From Candidatus Woesearchaeota archaeon (GTDB lineage: Archaea; Nanobdellota; Nanobdellia; Woesearchaeales; SM23-78), in assembly GCA_019322375.1 (NCBI GenBank), contig JAHWIP010000003.1, forward strand, positions 6,792 to 70,791: a stretch of 64,000 nt of DNA, read 5' to 3'. Positions within the stretch are counted from its first letter, which is position 1. Every line of letters begins with the position of its first letter. The notes below the pieces were generated by a model, which made no database searches, was not told the origin of the DNA, and worked only from the letters and a program-made list of their open reading frames with translations. The position numbers and the translations under genes were made by a program. Shown piece by piece: positions 46,756 through 57,200 of the stretch.

Positions 46756-48078
46756 ATGATTAACATGCCTTTAGAACAGATTAAGAGCAGGATTTCTGAA
46801 AAAACAGGCTTGTCAGATGAGGAGCTGGATGACAAGATTAAGGCTAAGCTTAAGCAGTTGTCAGGGCTTATTTCTGAGCAAGGAGCTGCTCATATAATTG
46901 CTAATGAGCTTGGTGTGAAGCTGTTTGAGATTGGTGAAAAGCTCCAGATAAAAAATGTGTTGACTGGCATGCGCAATGTTGATGTTGTTGGCAAGATACT
47001 GCAGAAATACGAGCTTAGAGAGTTTCAGACAGAAAAGCATTCTGGAAAGGTTTCTAACATGCTCATAGGTGATGAGACAGGTGTTATTCGTGTTGTTATG
47101 TGGCACAAGCAGGCAGAGAATATTAATAGTGTTAAAGAAGGAGATGTGGTCAAGATAAGAGGTGGCTATGTAAGGGATAACCAGGGCAGAAAAGAAATTC
47201 ATCTGAGCGAGCTCTCAAAATTCATTATTAATCCTCCTGGTGTTGAAGTAGAAGCAAAGCCTTATGAGCGCCCTGTTGCTGTTAGAAAGAGCATTGCTGA
47301 TATAAAAGAAGATGATGCTAGTGTTGAAATCTTAGCCACTATTGTGCAGGTGTTTGATATAAACTTTTTTGAGGTGTGCCCGCAGTGCAGCAAGAGGATA
47401 AGGCTTGGGGACCAAGGCTTTTTATGCCCGACCCACAGTATTGTGGAGCCGGATTATAATTATGTATTAAACCTTTACCTTGATGATGGAAGTGATAATA
47501 TAAGAGCTGTTTTCTGGAGGCAGCAGGCAGAGCAACTATTAGATATGGACAAATCCAAGGTAATGGTTTTTAAAGATGACCCTGCCAAGTTTGAGCCAAT
47601 AAAAACAGAGCTCCTGGGAAATATTATTTTGGTGAGTGGAAGAGCTAATAAGAATCAGAACTTTGACAGGATTGAGCTGGTTGCTAATAAGATTGACAAA
47701 AGCCCTGACCCTGATGAAGAGATAAAGAAGTTAAAACAAGAAGCAGACAAAGCAGTTGCGCAGGATGAAGGTGGGGATGAAGAGCAACAGAAATCGAAGA
47801 TTTCTGAGGGTTCCTACGGAACCGAAGAGGAAATAAAGCAGGAAGTAGCTGGTGGGGATGAAGAGGAAGAGATTAAGCAAGAGGAAGTAAAGGCAGAGGA
47901 AATTAAGGAAGAAGAACCTGTTGAAGAGGAAGTAAAAGAAGAAAAAATAGAAGAAGAGCCTATTAAAAAGAAAACAAAAGAAAAAGAAGATTCATTGCTC
48001 GCTCGCCAAGGCTCGCGAGAAAGCCAGGATGACTTAGAAAACCTTGACCTGGATAAAGAGTTAGAGGATATTGAGTGA
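46756..48078 (+). CDS. rpa: Replication protein A (RPA) with OB folds, Zn-ribbon and acidic repetitive tail
   Basis: LISEQGAAHIIANELGV.., NVDVVGKIL..GDETGVIRVVMWHK (OB fold), CPQCSKR..CPTHS Zn ribbon; start set at MINMPLEQ (ORF-track start 46636 overlaps upstream gene). Confidence 0.7.
   Translation: MINMPLEQIKSRISEKTGLSDEELDDKIKAKLKQLSGLISEQGAAHIIANELGVKLFEIGEKLQIKNVLTGMRNVDVVGKILQKYELREFQTEKHSGKVSNMLIGDETGVIRVVMWHKQAENINSVKEGDVVKIRGGYVRDNQGRKEIHLSELSKFIINPPGVEVEAKPYERPVAVRKSIADIKEDDASVEILATIVQVFDINFFEVCPQCSKRIRLGDQGFLCPTHSIVEPDYNYVLNLYLDDGSDNIRAVFWRQQAEQLLDMDKSKVMVFKDDPAKFEPIKTELLGNIILVSGRANKNQNFDRIELVANKIDKSPDPDEEIKKLKQEADKAVAQDEGGDEEQQKSKISEGSYGTEEEIKQEVAGGDEEEEIKQEEVKAEEIKEEEPVEEEVKEEKIEEEPIKKKTKEKEDSLLARQGSRESQDDLENLDLDKELEDIE
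47995..48023 (+). repeat. GC-rich palindromic element copy A (TTGCTCGCTCGCCAAGGCTCGCGAGAAAG), in-frame in RPA tail
   Basis: Matches 12297-12323 (minus) over 26 nt and 61421-61447 (minus) at both arms. Confidence 0.8.
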
Positions 48079-48091
48079 ATTAAAAATGTAC

Positions 48092-50200
48092 TTATCTTAC
48101 AACCCTGTCAAGACCAGCTTTTATAAAGGGCTCTTTTAATTTGTTTAATGCTTTTAATTCAATCTGTCTTATTCTTTCCCTGGTAACTTTGAATTCTATA
48201 CCAACTTCGTCCAAGGTATGGAAATTATACTTACCAATTCCAAAGCGCATGTAAAGAATTTTAATTTTTCTTTTACGGTCAGGATCCTTTTTAAAAGTGT
48301 CATGGATAACTTTTCTGACCTGATAACCTACTAATGATTGTGCAGCAGCATGTTCAGTATCAGCTTTTGGATCCTCAACAAGCTCACCTATTTCAACCTC
48401 TACTTCTTCTCCTATTGTTGTTGATAGTGAGATTGGTTTTTCAGCCCATTTTTTATACTTCTCAACTCTTTCCTCAGCAACATTCATTTCTTTAGCAACT
48501 TCTTCTGTTGTTGGCTCTCTGCCTAACCTGCCAAATAATTTCCTGGCAATTCCCAAGTACTTGTTTATTTTTTCCACTGAATGCACAGGAGTCCTGATAG
48601 TCCTTGCCTGGTCTGCTATAGCCCTTGTTATTGACTGTTTAATCCACCAAGTAGCATATGTTGAAAATTTATACCCTCTTCTGTATTCCCAGCTGTCTAT
48701 TGCTCTTAGAGCTCCCATGTTTCCCTCCTGAATCAGGTCAGTAAATTCCATACCCCTGTGCTGGTATTTTTTTGCTATACTCACAACCAGTTTTGTATTT
48801 GAACTTGCAAGCTCATTTTTGTTAGATATAAGCTCATCATGAAGCTTTTCTATTTCAGGGCTAACAGGGTCAAGATGAGGAAATATTGATTTGTAAGTTT
48901 CATAAGTTTTTTTCCAGTATTTTTTTTTGAATTTAAGTTTGCTAAGAAGCTTTTTCAGTGCAAAATCTCCTTTTTCTTTGGCATTATGAAAGTTCTCTAT
49001 AAATTCTATTTTTTCCCGAGCAGTCTTCTCATAACCTTTCCAAAGTCGTACTATTTCATCCGGGTGATTTATTTTAATAGCCTTTTCTATATCTTTTACA
49101 ACATAATCAACCAGGCATTCTGGCTTCTTATTGTCGCCTTGCAGGGAGCGCTCTTCAGACAATCCATTGTACAAGAAATTCCTGCTCTCAATTGTTTTGA
49201 ACTCATTAAACAGTTCTGTTAAGTATTTTGTTACAAACAAGTATTTTCCTAGAAAAGATTTTAGGGCTTTCTCCCTTCTTTTCTCAGCCTTTTCAAACTT
49301 TTTTTTGAAGACGTTCACATCTTCACAACAAATAATATCTTCAAGGTCTTTTCCCTTGTTTTCAAGGGTTTCATCCAAGCTTTCACCATGTTTTTTATTC
49401 AAGGCTTCCTGGGCTTCCAGGGCTTCATTAATATCCTTTCTTATTTTATTTAAGATATATTTTTTCTCAATAATATGCTTGAATATTTCTTCTCTTTTCT
49501 GCTCTATTTTTTTTCCAAAAGCATATTCCTGCTCTCTTGTTAGCAAGGCGTGCTTGCCCATGGAACTTAAAATAAAACTTGTTTCACTGCCAATATATGT
49601 CTTTCTCAAGTCTACTTTATCCTCCTCAAGGTCAGAGTACTCTTTTATCAAGAACTTATAATTATCATTAAAAATCTTATTTTTGTTTTCCAGAGCAGTT
49701 CTGTGCATGTCAAGAAGCAAGTTATAATAGAACTTTCTAACATCTGCCCTGTCATATTTTTTTCCATAGTCTAACTTAACAGGGTCGACATACCTGCTTA
49801 GTATAATGTCATGTTTTTTCATGTATGGGTCTCCGAATTCTTTTGGAGTCTTGGTTTCAATCTCTCTTTTTTTTTGCATCAGGTATGCCATAAATCCCCT
49901 TAACGAGATATAACTGTCTCTGTTTATATAGTCCAGGCAGAAAAAAGGATTTTTCTTAGCAAGCTTGATAAGAGCGCTGTTTTCAATATGAAATACTTTA
50001 GCAAGGTCAGCTGTTCTGAGCCTTTGGGAGTATCCAACTTCTTGTTTTAGAACAGAACCTTTTTGTATCAGGTCAAGAAAGAATTTTGAATCCATCTCTA
50101 TGTTTTCCCAGACAGAGGCTCCGAATTTTTCTTTGATTTGAGCAGGGCGCAGGTATATACCTTTGCTCTCTTCTAGAAAAGCATGGGCTGCTTCTTGCAT
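48092..50200 (-). CDS. Bacterial-type primary sigma-70 family factor homologue (regions 1.2, 2, 3, 4 present)
   Basis: [17 protein letters not shown] (region 1.2); [76 protein letters not shown] (regions 2.1-2.4, near-identical to RpoD consensus); ..[38 protein letters not shown] (region 4 HTH). Confidence 0.8.
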   Translation of the reverse strand: MQEAAHAFLEESKGIYLRPAQIKEKFGASVWENIEMDSKFFLDLIQKGSVLKQEVGYSQRLRTADLAKVFHIENSALIKLAKKNPFFCLDYINRDSYISLRGFMAYLMQKKREIETKTPKEFGDPYMKKHDIILSRYVDPVKLDYGKKYDRADVRKFYYNLLLDMHRTALENKNKIFNDNYKFLIKEYSDLEEDKVDLRKTYIGSETSFILSSMGKHALLTREQEYAFGKKIEQKREEIFKHIIEKKYILNKIRKDINEALEAQEALNKKHGESLDETLENKGKDLEDIICCEDVNVFKKKFEKAEKRREKALKSFLGKYLFVTKYLTELFNEFKTIESRNFLYNGLSEERSLQGDNKKPECLVDYVVKDIEKAIKINHPDEIVRLWKGYEKTAREKIEFIENFHNAKEKGDFALKKLLSKLKFKKKYWKKTYETYKSIFPHLDPVSPEIEKLHDELISNKNELASSNTKLVVSIAKKYQHRGMEFTDLIQEGNMGALRAIDSWEYRRGYKFSTYATWWIKQSITRAIADQARTIRTPVHSVEKINKYLGIARKLFGRLGREPTTEEVAKEMNVAEERVEKYKKWAEKPISLSTTIGEEVEVEIGELVEDPKADTEHAAAQSLVGYQVRKVIHDTFKKDPDRKRKIKILYMRFGIGKYNFHTLDEVGIEFKVTRERIRQIELKALNKLKEPFIKAGLDRVVR

Positions 50201-50266
50201 TTTACTTTTTCACATAATTTAAAATATGTTTTAAATATATTTAAAATAATATATTCATATTTATTT

Positions 50267-52498
50267 TTAAACAATTTGGTATTCTTGCCTTACCTTCTTG
50301 TTTTTTTCAATGATAGGGATGAGCTGCTCTACAGCGCTTTTATGAAAAGCCTTTAAGTAGGTGTCTGTTGATGTCATTTTTAAGAAAGGAAAATCAGGGT
50401 CTGTGCTCATTCTGCTAAGCTGTTTGGGCTGAATCCTCATGCCAGTTGCTTCATATATATAATTTGAAGCTTGATGCACTCCAATTGTTTCTTTCTTGTC
50501 TTTTTTTATTAGTTCTATTTTTTCATCAAAGAACTTGGTAATAAAGATTTCTTCAAAACCGTTTTTTACAAGATAAACAGGCATGGTATTGCCTAGTTTT
50601 TCTATGTAGCTTATTTTCTTTTCAGGGTTATTGAACTCGTATCTTCTGAGATTCTTGATTAGTTTGGTTTCTATATGCTGGAACCGGGTTACACTTGTCC
50701 TTGCAAAGTTCTCTCTTATTATCTCAACCAGAAGTTTGTGCCCCCTAATTTTCTGAAGAATTTCAATTGCTTCAGCTCCCTTGTAAGTTTCGCTTGGTCT
50801 TTGATTAAAGAGACCTGCTTCTGCAAGCCTTCTGAAAACCAAAAGATTTCTTCCAGTGATTTCTGAAAGTTCTGACCCAGGGTACAGCCTTAAAGGATAA
50901 ATCTCTAGCATGTCTGGCCTGGTTTCAAGCCTTAAATCACCAATGCCTTCAAAAATCTGGGCAAGAGTCCTGCTGTTTTTAGATATAAGATTGTCATCTT
51001 CTTCAAAATACATTTCATCCAGCATGTCTATGAAACGCTTCATACCAAACTCTTTGAACTGCTCTGCTCTGTGCTTTGCAATAGCATACCCACAGTCCCT
51101 GCGAAATTCTGCTTTGAGGTGAGCCAAAAGATTTCTATCATCCTCAATTCTTTTTTCCTTATTTATGTAAATAACAGCACCATCTTCCTCTGTTTCCATA
51201 TATTTAGCAAAAGGGCCGGAAACTGATGGTTCTGCCAGCTCAATTTTAGTTTTTTTGTCTAATCTTTTTTCAACCCAGTCTGTTGCTTCTTTAAGAAAAT
51301 TTCTTAGCTTTGCTTCTTCTTTTTTTTCCTGCTCTCTCTTTATGTTTGTATAGATTCCGCGAGCAATATTTTTTATATGACTTTTTAGTTCTAAAAGCTC
51401 CTCAGTCCCTTTTTGTATGCGCTGCTTGTCAAATCCAAGATCTGGCTTTAATGATTCTACTTCTATAAACCCATATGTGCGTGCTGCAAAACCCAGAGCC
51501 ATTTCTTCCAGCTTGACAATTCCTCCTTCGCCCAGGGTTCTTCCAACCACAAGATGAATTCCACGCACATCCTTTTCTATTGTTTTATGCGGAAGATAAT
51601 ATATATGCCCTCTAATAGGACCGCATTTTTCTAGGGCATCCTTGATTTCATAAACAATTGCTTCTTTTGGAATAGGGGTTTCTATCTCTATATCATTCAT
51701 TTTTACTCTAAAAGCAGGGCTGAGCTGGAGTGCAAACTTTTGTTTAATCAAATCAGCAAGCTTGTCTGTTTCAATTGTGATTTTTCCTTTTTTAGAACCC
51801 AAAGGCTTCATAATGATTTCTGTGCCATGTTTTTTTTGGTCAGTTATTCTTTCTTCACTATAACTAACCTTTCCCCATAAGCCCTGATTAATTATTTTTT
51901 CTAAAGAACCATACTCTTCCTCAACATCCTCTATAAGCAGACTGGTGTTTAACTCAGGTATGGTGTGAGGGGATTCTCTTTTATCAAGAACTCTTTTGAC
52001 AATCCGCTCAATATATTTATCTTTTTGCTTCTCATTAAGATTCATCTCTTCAAACTTAGGGCTGGTTAAGATGGAGTGCTGAATGGTTTTTCTTACAAAC
52101 ACCTCTTTGGTATGATATTTTTTTCCTTTTCCTTTTTTTACTGTGCTCATTTGATAGCCAAAACAAAGGTATCTTATGAACTCCTTGCCTACTCCTGCAT
52201 CACCTATTTTTAGTCTTCCAGTGCGGGTTCTGGGGTTAAGCTTCTTAATATTAGTGCCATAAGTATTGAAGTGCTTAAGGTCTTCAAGATTCATGCCTTC
52301 CCCATTATCTCTTATGAGAAGACTTTTATTTTTATCATCAATTATTATTTCCACAAGAGGAGCATCTGCATCCCAGGCATTATCAATGCCCTGTATTATT
52401 GCTTCATAAGGGCTTAGAAATAGGGATTTGCCAAGATTCTCATGAAACTCTTTTGAGATTCCTCTCCTTACTTTAACAGTTTTCTTTGTCATCAACAC
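50267..52498 (-). CDS. GHKL (Bergerat-fold) ATPase, MORC/TopoVIB/MutL-like N-terminal domain, large C-terminal region of unknown function
   Basis: YEAIIQGIDNAWDADA (N box), LIRDNGEGM (G1), RTRTGRLKIGDAGVGKEF (G2 GxxGxG followed by K); 743 aa; 66 bp upstream of sigma gene on same strand. Confidence 0.6.
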   Translation of the reverse strand: MLMTKKTVKVRRGISKEFHENLGKSLFLSPYEAIIQGIDNAWDADAPLVEIIIDDKNKSLLIRDNGEGMNLEDLKHFNTYGTNIKKLNPRTRTGRLKIGDAGVGKEFIRYLCFGYQMSTVKKGKGKKYHTKEVFVRKTIQHSILTSPKFEEMNLNEKQKDKYIERIVKRVLDKRESPHTIPELNTSLLIEDVEEEYGSLEKIINQGLWGKVSYSEERITDQKKHGTEIIMKPLGSKKGKITIETDKLADLIKQKFALQLSPAFRVKMNDIEIETPIPKEAIVYEIKDALEKCGPIRGHIYYLPHKTIEKDVRGIHLVVGRTLGEGGIVKLEEMALGFAARTYGFIEVESLKPDLGFDKQRIQKGTEELLELKSHIKNIARGIYTNIKREQEKKEEAKLRNFLKEATDWVEKRLDKKTKIELAEPSVSGPFAKYMETEEDGAVIYINKEKRIEDDRNLLAHLKAEFRRDCGYAIAKHRAEQFKEFGMKRFIDMLDEMYFEEDDNLISKNSRTLAQIFEGIGDLRLETRPDMLEIYPLRLYPGSELSEITGRNLLVFRRLAEAGLFNQRPSETYKGAEAIEILQKIRGHKLLVEIIRENFARTSVTRFQHIETKLIKNLRRYEFNNPEKKISYIEKLGNTMPVYLVKNGFEEIFITKFFDEKIELIKKDKKETIGVHQASNYIYEATGMRIQPKQLSRMSTDPDFPFLKMTSTDTYLKAFHKSAVEQLIPIIEKNKKVRQEYQIV

Positions 52499-52676
52499 CC
52501 CCCGCGCCCCTCTGTTTTGCTACTGAATAATAGATATTTTATTTAAACCTTTCTATTTTAGAGACACAGATTTGACAGATAATAATTGCAAGCCATGTTT
52601 ATATACTTTACTCAGGGATGTCCAGTGCCTATTTTAGAAAATTTTTTAAACTACTGTTCTTATACCATATACTAGA

Positions 52677-53210
52677 ATGCCTAAAAAAAAGGATTCAAGC
52701 CCTGTTTTTGAAATATTCGTTGTTCTGGCCATAGTAGCTATTGTGGCTGTTACAGGACAGGTGCTGTTGCGTTATGAAAACACAGGCAGTTCTGCCAATG
52801 CTATTACTGGCTTTGCAGTTGCTGAGTATGAAGAGGAAATGGTTGAAGAAGAATTTCTTGATGTGGGTGTAGATGATATAAAGGTTAATCCTCCAAGCCC
52901 GTTAATAGGAGAGCCGTTTGAAATCAGGGTGATAGTTGCTAACAAAGGCTTTGTGGAGATAAACACTCCTTTTTATGTGCAGGCAAAACTAATACCTAAT
53001 GCAGAGAATGTTAAGCCCACGCTTCTCAACAGCGTGATAACCCAGATATTAAAGCCAGGAGAAACCTCAACAGCTGTTTTCAGGATAGCAACAGTAACAA
53101 AGGAAGGTCCTATGAAGATAATAGCAACAGCTGATTCTACTGCCAAACTAGGAGATGATAATCCTTCAAATGACCAAAGAAGCAAAACAATTATATTAAC
53201 CAATCAATAG
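52677..53210 (+). CDS. CARDB-like adhesion-domain protein with N-terminal membrane anchor
   Basis: N-terminal TM; IKVNPPSPLIGEPFEIRVIVANKG..LGDDNPSNDQRSKTIIL typical of CARDB. Confidence 0.5.
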   Translation: MPKKKDSSPVFEIFVVLAIVAIVAVTGQVLLRYENTGSSANAITGFAVAEYEEEMVEEEFLDVGVDDIKVNPPSPLIGEPFEIRVIVANKGFVEINTPFYVQAKLIPNAENVKPTLLNSVITQILKPGETSTAVFRIATVTKEGPMKIIATADSTAKLGDDNPSNDQRSKTIILTNQ

Positions 53211-53223
53211 ATTATTTCTTAAA

Positions 53224-53682
53224 ATGATGTATATAACCCATATGGCAGTTGCATTATTTGCAGGGCTTTTAAAAGTAAAAATAATCCCTTTGCCCATAAA
53301 CAAATATGTTTTTCTATCAATCGTGGTGGTATCAGCTCTTCTGCCAGACATAGATTATGACTCATTCATAGCCAGGAAACTAAAACTAAGATTTGTGCGT
53401 TTCTTTTTTGCACACAGAGGCTTTTTCCACAGCATCCTGCCCATGGTATTCTTTATGATACTAGCCTTTTTAATCACAGGCAATCCTTACTACTCCTTAG
53501 CTGTTCTGATAGGCTTTGGCTCCCACCTGGCCTTTGACAGCATAACCATGAAAGGAATAGCATGGTTCTGGCCAAGCAAACTAAGAGCAAAAGGCCCCTT
53601 AAAAACAGGAGGAATAGTAGATTGGATACTGCTGTTAGTATTTATACTAATGGATGCAGTGATGGTGGTGGTTGTTTTCTGA
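53224..53682 (+). CDS. Membrane-bound metal-dependent hydrolase-like protein (YdjM/DUF457 family)
   Basis: LPDIDYDS..HRGFFHS..GSHLAFDSIT motifs in 4-TM protein. Confidence 0.5.
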   Translation: MMYITHMAVALFAGLLKVKIIPLPINKYVFLSIVVVSALLPDIDYDSFIARKLKLRFVRFFFAHRGFFHSILPMVFFMILAFLITGNPYYSLAVLIGFGSHLAFDSITMKGIAWFWPSKLRAKGPLKTGGIVDWILLLVFILMDAVMVVVVF

Positions 53683-53739
53683 ATTGGTTATTTTGAAGAG
53701 AAAGAGTTAATAAAAAAAGAAATAATTTATAATTTTAAC

Positions 53740-54135
53740 TTAATAAAGATAGTCCGGAGTTCCCCAGTACCCTCCGCAGCCTTTACAAGCAGATTCTGAG
53801 CTACATGCACGGTTATACTTGCAGCATCCAGGAGTTTTTCTTGAAGTTGCATAACAAAAACATGTCACCCGACCACAATGAGGATCTCCCCCGCCAGATT
53901 CCATTGGCTTTCCCACCACGTTTTCTTCTTCCATTACTTCAGAAAGCATGTCATATTCCTCATCAGTAAGCCCAGACACAACATATGCCTTTTGTAATTC
54001 AGGTTCAGATGTTGTTGTAATTGTGGCTGCCTCTTCCCCTCTATTCATAAACATAACTACTATTGCCACTATGGCTACTATTGCTACCATTGCTATTAGT
54101 GCGAATAAGTAGTTGCCTTTGTCTTTTTCTGCCAT
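53740..54135 (-). CDS. Small secreted Cys-rich protein
   Basis: N-terminal TM (LFALIAMVAIVAIVAIVVMF) then 12 Cys in 45 aa. Confidence 0.4.
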   Translation of the reverse strand: MAEKDKGNYLFALIAMVAIVAIVAIVVMFMNRGEEAATITTTSEPELQKAYVVSGLTDEEYDMLSEVMEEENVVGKPMESGGGDPHCGRVTCFCYATSRKTPGCCKYNRACSSESACKGCGGYWGTPDYLY

Positions 54136-54264
54136 TTATTCACCTCGTTTTGTTGAATATAAGCTCTTTATTTTTGTTTTTTGGTTTGGGTTTATAAAAA
54201 GCTTTCGCAGGAATAAGCCACAAATTAGTTACTACTTTAGAATGGATAACATATTTAAATGTAG

Positions 54265-57200
54265 ATGTTTTCCTGGGCTTGTATGGCACAATCATCCATG
54301 TTTATTGGCAAGTTTGAATTTGAAGGGCCAGGCTCACACCTAACCATGACTCTTTGGCAGGGTAACAAGGCTTACCAGTTCTCAACTAATTTCATAGGGG
54401 TTTATCCTAATGACCAGACCAAGCTTAAGAAGAAAAAAACCATTTGGCCTGCAAGCAGGGAAAAAAAGATTTCTCTTGAAAAAATACTTGTGGAACAGGG
54501 CTTGGAAAAATCAGATTCTTTTGATATAAAACAGGGAGAATACGCCTTTGATATAATAGACAAAAGAATTGTGCAGCTTTTTCTGGATAAAAGAGATTAT
54601 GACAAGCTTCCGGAAGAAGCAACCAATGAGCTGATCACCTGCCACACTCAAAGCATGAAATGGGATTTTGGAATCATGCAAAAAGCAGAGATAGAGTCCT
54701 GGTTGTTAAAGATACTAAAGGAAAAGAGCAAGTTAGACCAGGAAATTGATTCCTTGTACAAGGCAATGCTCAGGACCAATAAGAAACAATTAACAGGTTC
54801 ATTAGATGATATAACGAGTTTTATTAAAAAAGATTATCATAAAGATGACTTTGATAAAAAAATTATTCCTTTGCTTTTTGAAAGCATTGGGTACAGATTT
54901 AAACAACAAGAAGATAAAAATTTATTGATTCACCTATTTCAGCAGACCAGGTATTCTTTTAAGCACAAGCATCATTATATTAATGCACAGAAAAAAGTGT
55001 TTGAGCCTTTAGACATAGAGATTGATTACCCTAAATTAACAGACAAGAAAAATGATGCTTATTATAAAAAGATATTAAAAAAGCCTTTTGGCAGAAGATT
55101 TCTTGAAAACAGCAAGCAGGTGCTTGGTGAAAAAGGCATAGATGCAATATTTTCCAAAGATAAGGAGATATACATCCTTAAATCAGAGCAGGAAGAATTG
55201 TTTAATACCTTTAAGAGACTGCTGAGCCATAAAGCAGAGTATCCTGATGTAGAGGACTATGTGGAGAGCATAAAATACCAGCTGGAAGACTTGTTCTGCA
55301 GAGTACAATACTTTAATCTTCACAGCAAGACACGCAAAGACCTTAGGAAGCTGGTTAAGGAAAAACTAGAAGAAATAGGGGGCGAAGAGAGAGACAAAGA
55401 TAATTTGAATTATGATAAAAAGATTTTTGAACGTGCACAAAGACTCAGGCAAAAAAAGCAGGACTTGGAGAGCAGGATTAAGCAGATAAAAAGCTCCAAC
55501 ACCCTGAAGTATGACTTTGACTACCAGAGAACAATGCTCTTTCTTGACATAATGCACAGGCATCCTGAAGTAAAAGGAGATGATAAGCTTAAAAAAAAGC
55601 TTAGAAAAAAGATTTATTTTGAAGGAATAAAACCAAAAGGAATGATTAATGAGCATGAATGGCTTGACCAGACACCCAGTGTTTTCCTGGACATAGAAAA
55701 ATTTCAGTATGGAACACCAGAAGAGGTTATTAATGCAATTATATCTTCTGTAAGAAGAGTAGATGGAGAATACATAGGGCGGATAGATACTGATATTGAT
55801 TCAGGAGAAAAAAATATTCTTGGTTTTCAAATAAAACACCACCATAATAATATGAACCTGATGCTATCCTCTGCTGATTTTATTAATCCAGAAAGATGCT
55901 ATACTTACTTTACCCAGGGCGACTATGATTTTAAGCATTTAAGCAAAACCAGGCTTTTTAGGACTGGCAAGGAAAAAGTGATTGTTCCAAGGCAAAAGGT
56001 GCATGAGGAGTTTATCAGGCGTTATGACATACCAGGCGTATCTATTAACACAGTCACGCTTGCAAAAATAATTTGGCCTCACCTGCTTAATCACAGATTA
56101 GCAACTCTTGTCAACAAATTATATCAAAAAGAAGGAACAGAAAAAGTATTTGAAAAATCATTTGACTATGAAGAATTAAGAGAACAAGCAGGGTTGGCCA
56201 AAAAAGGAGATAAAGAAAAAGCTTATGACATACTATATTATGGAGGGGATGATGTTGATAAACCATTCAAAGCCTGGCTTCATCCAAAAGCCAGATACAT
56301 CTTTAAAGACCTGCTGGAAGTGTGCAACACCTTTGGCATAACACCTGACCAGGCAAGCTCTAATGCTAACACAGCAGCCCATCTTTTTGAAAAAAGATTT
56401 TATGAAAAATCCGGAGGCATACTCTCTCCAGGCATCTTTAGGCAGAAACACCAGGAATTGGCCAAGGAGTTCAGAAACAAATATACTGAGTACAGAACCA
56501 AACATTTGCTAGAGCAAGGCCTGAAAATAGATTTTGAAAGAGGAGTCCAGGACAATGTCAGCCAGCTCTACTTTTCTCCAGAACTGTTCATATGCAAAGT
56601 GCTTTACCCTGATTTTCCAGGAGTAAAAGCCTTTGTTGACAGAACCATGCGCATGAAAAACCCTGAAAGAAAGGTCAGCAGGCTGCAGTATGTAAAACCC
56701 TTTGTGGTAAGCATGCTAACAGATTTATACGGAATTCATAAGATACAAGACGAGATAAAAGTGCTTGAGAAAGAAAAAGCTGAACTTCTTGAGGAAATAA
56801 GAGGAATGCCTGAAAGCCAGGAAAAACAGTCGGAAAAAGAACAAAAAATAAAGGCTTTTGGAGGGAAATGGGAAAAAATCATTGACAAATTAATAAGCAT
56901 GAATAATAAGAAGTATTTCTTTGGACAACTATTCGGAGTTAAATGCGAAAAAGTAGAGGAAAGAGTACAGCAGGCATACAAAACAATAGCAGATGTAATC
57001 AATGAGAATGATATTCATCCCTTGCAAATAAAAGGCAACTTTATCTATGCAAAAGAAAATCTTCCTGACAAGGTGCTGAGAAAAGCAGGCTTGTTCAGGA
57101 TGAGGAATATGCGAATATTTAATATGCAGAAAAATGAACTCACTTTTCATGCAGAAGACCAGTACGCAGGCTACCCGCCCAGGCTTGACCGCCCGGGTTT

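Noticed and set aside
48092-52498. Hypothesis that the GHKL ATPase plus downstream gene form a Topo VI B/A pair
   Set aside because: The downstream protein is unmistakably a sigma-70 family factor and has no Toprim domain or 5Y-CAP tyrosine context. The GHKL protein lacks the Topo VIB H2TH and transducer hallmarks by eye. It is kept only as generic GHKL.
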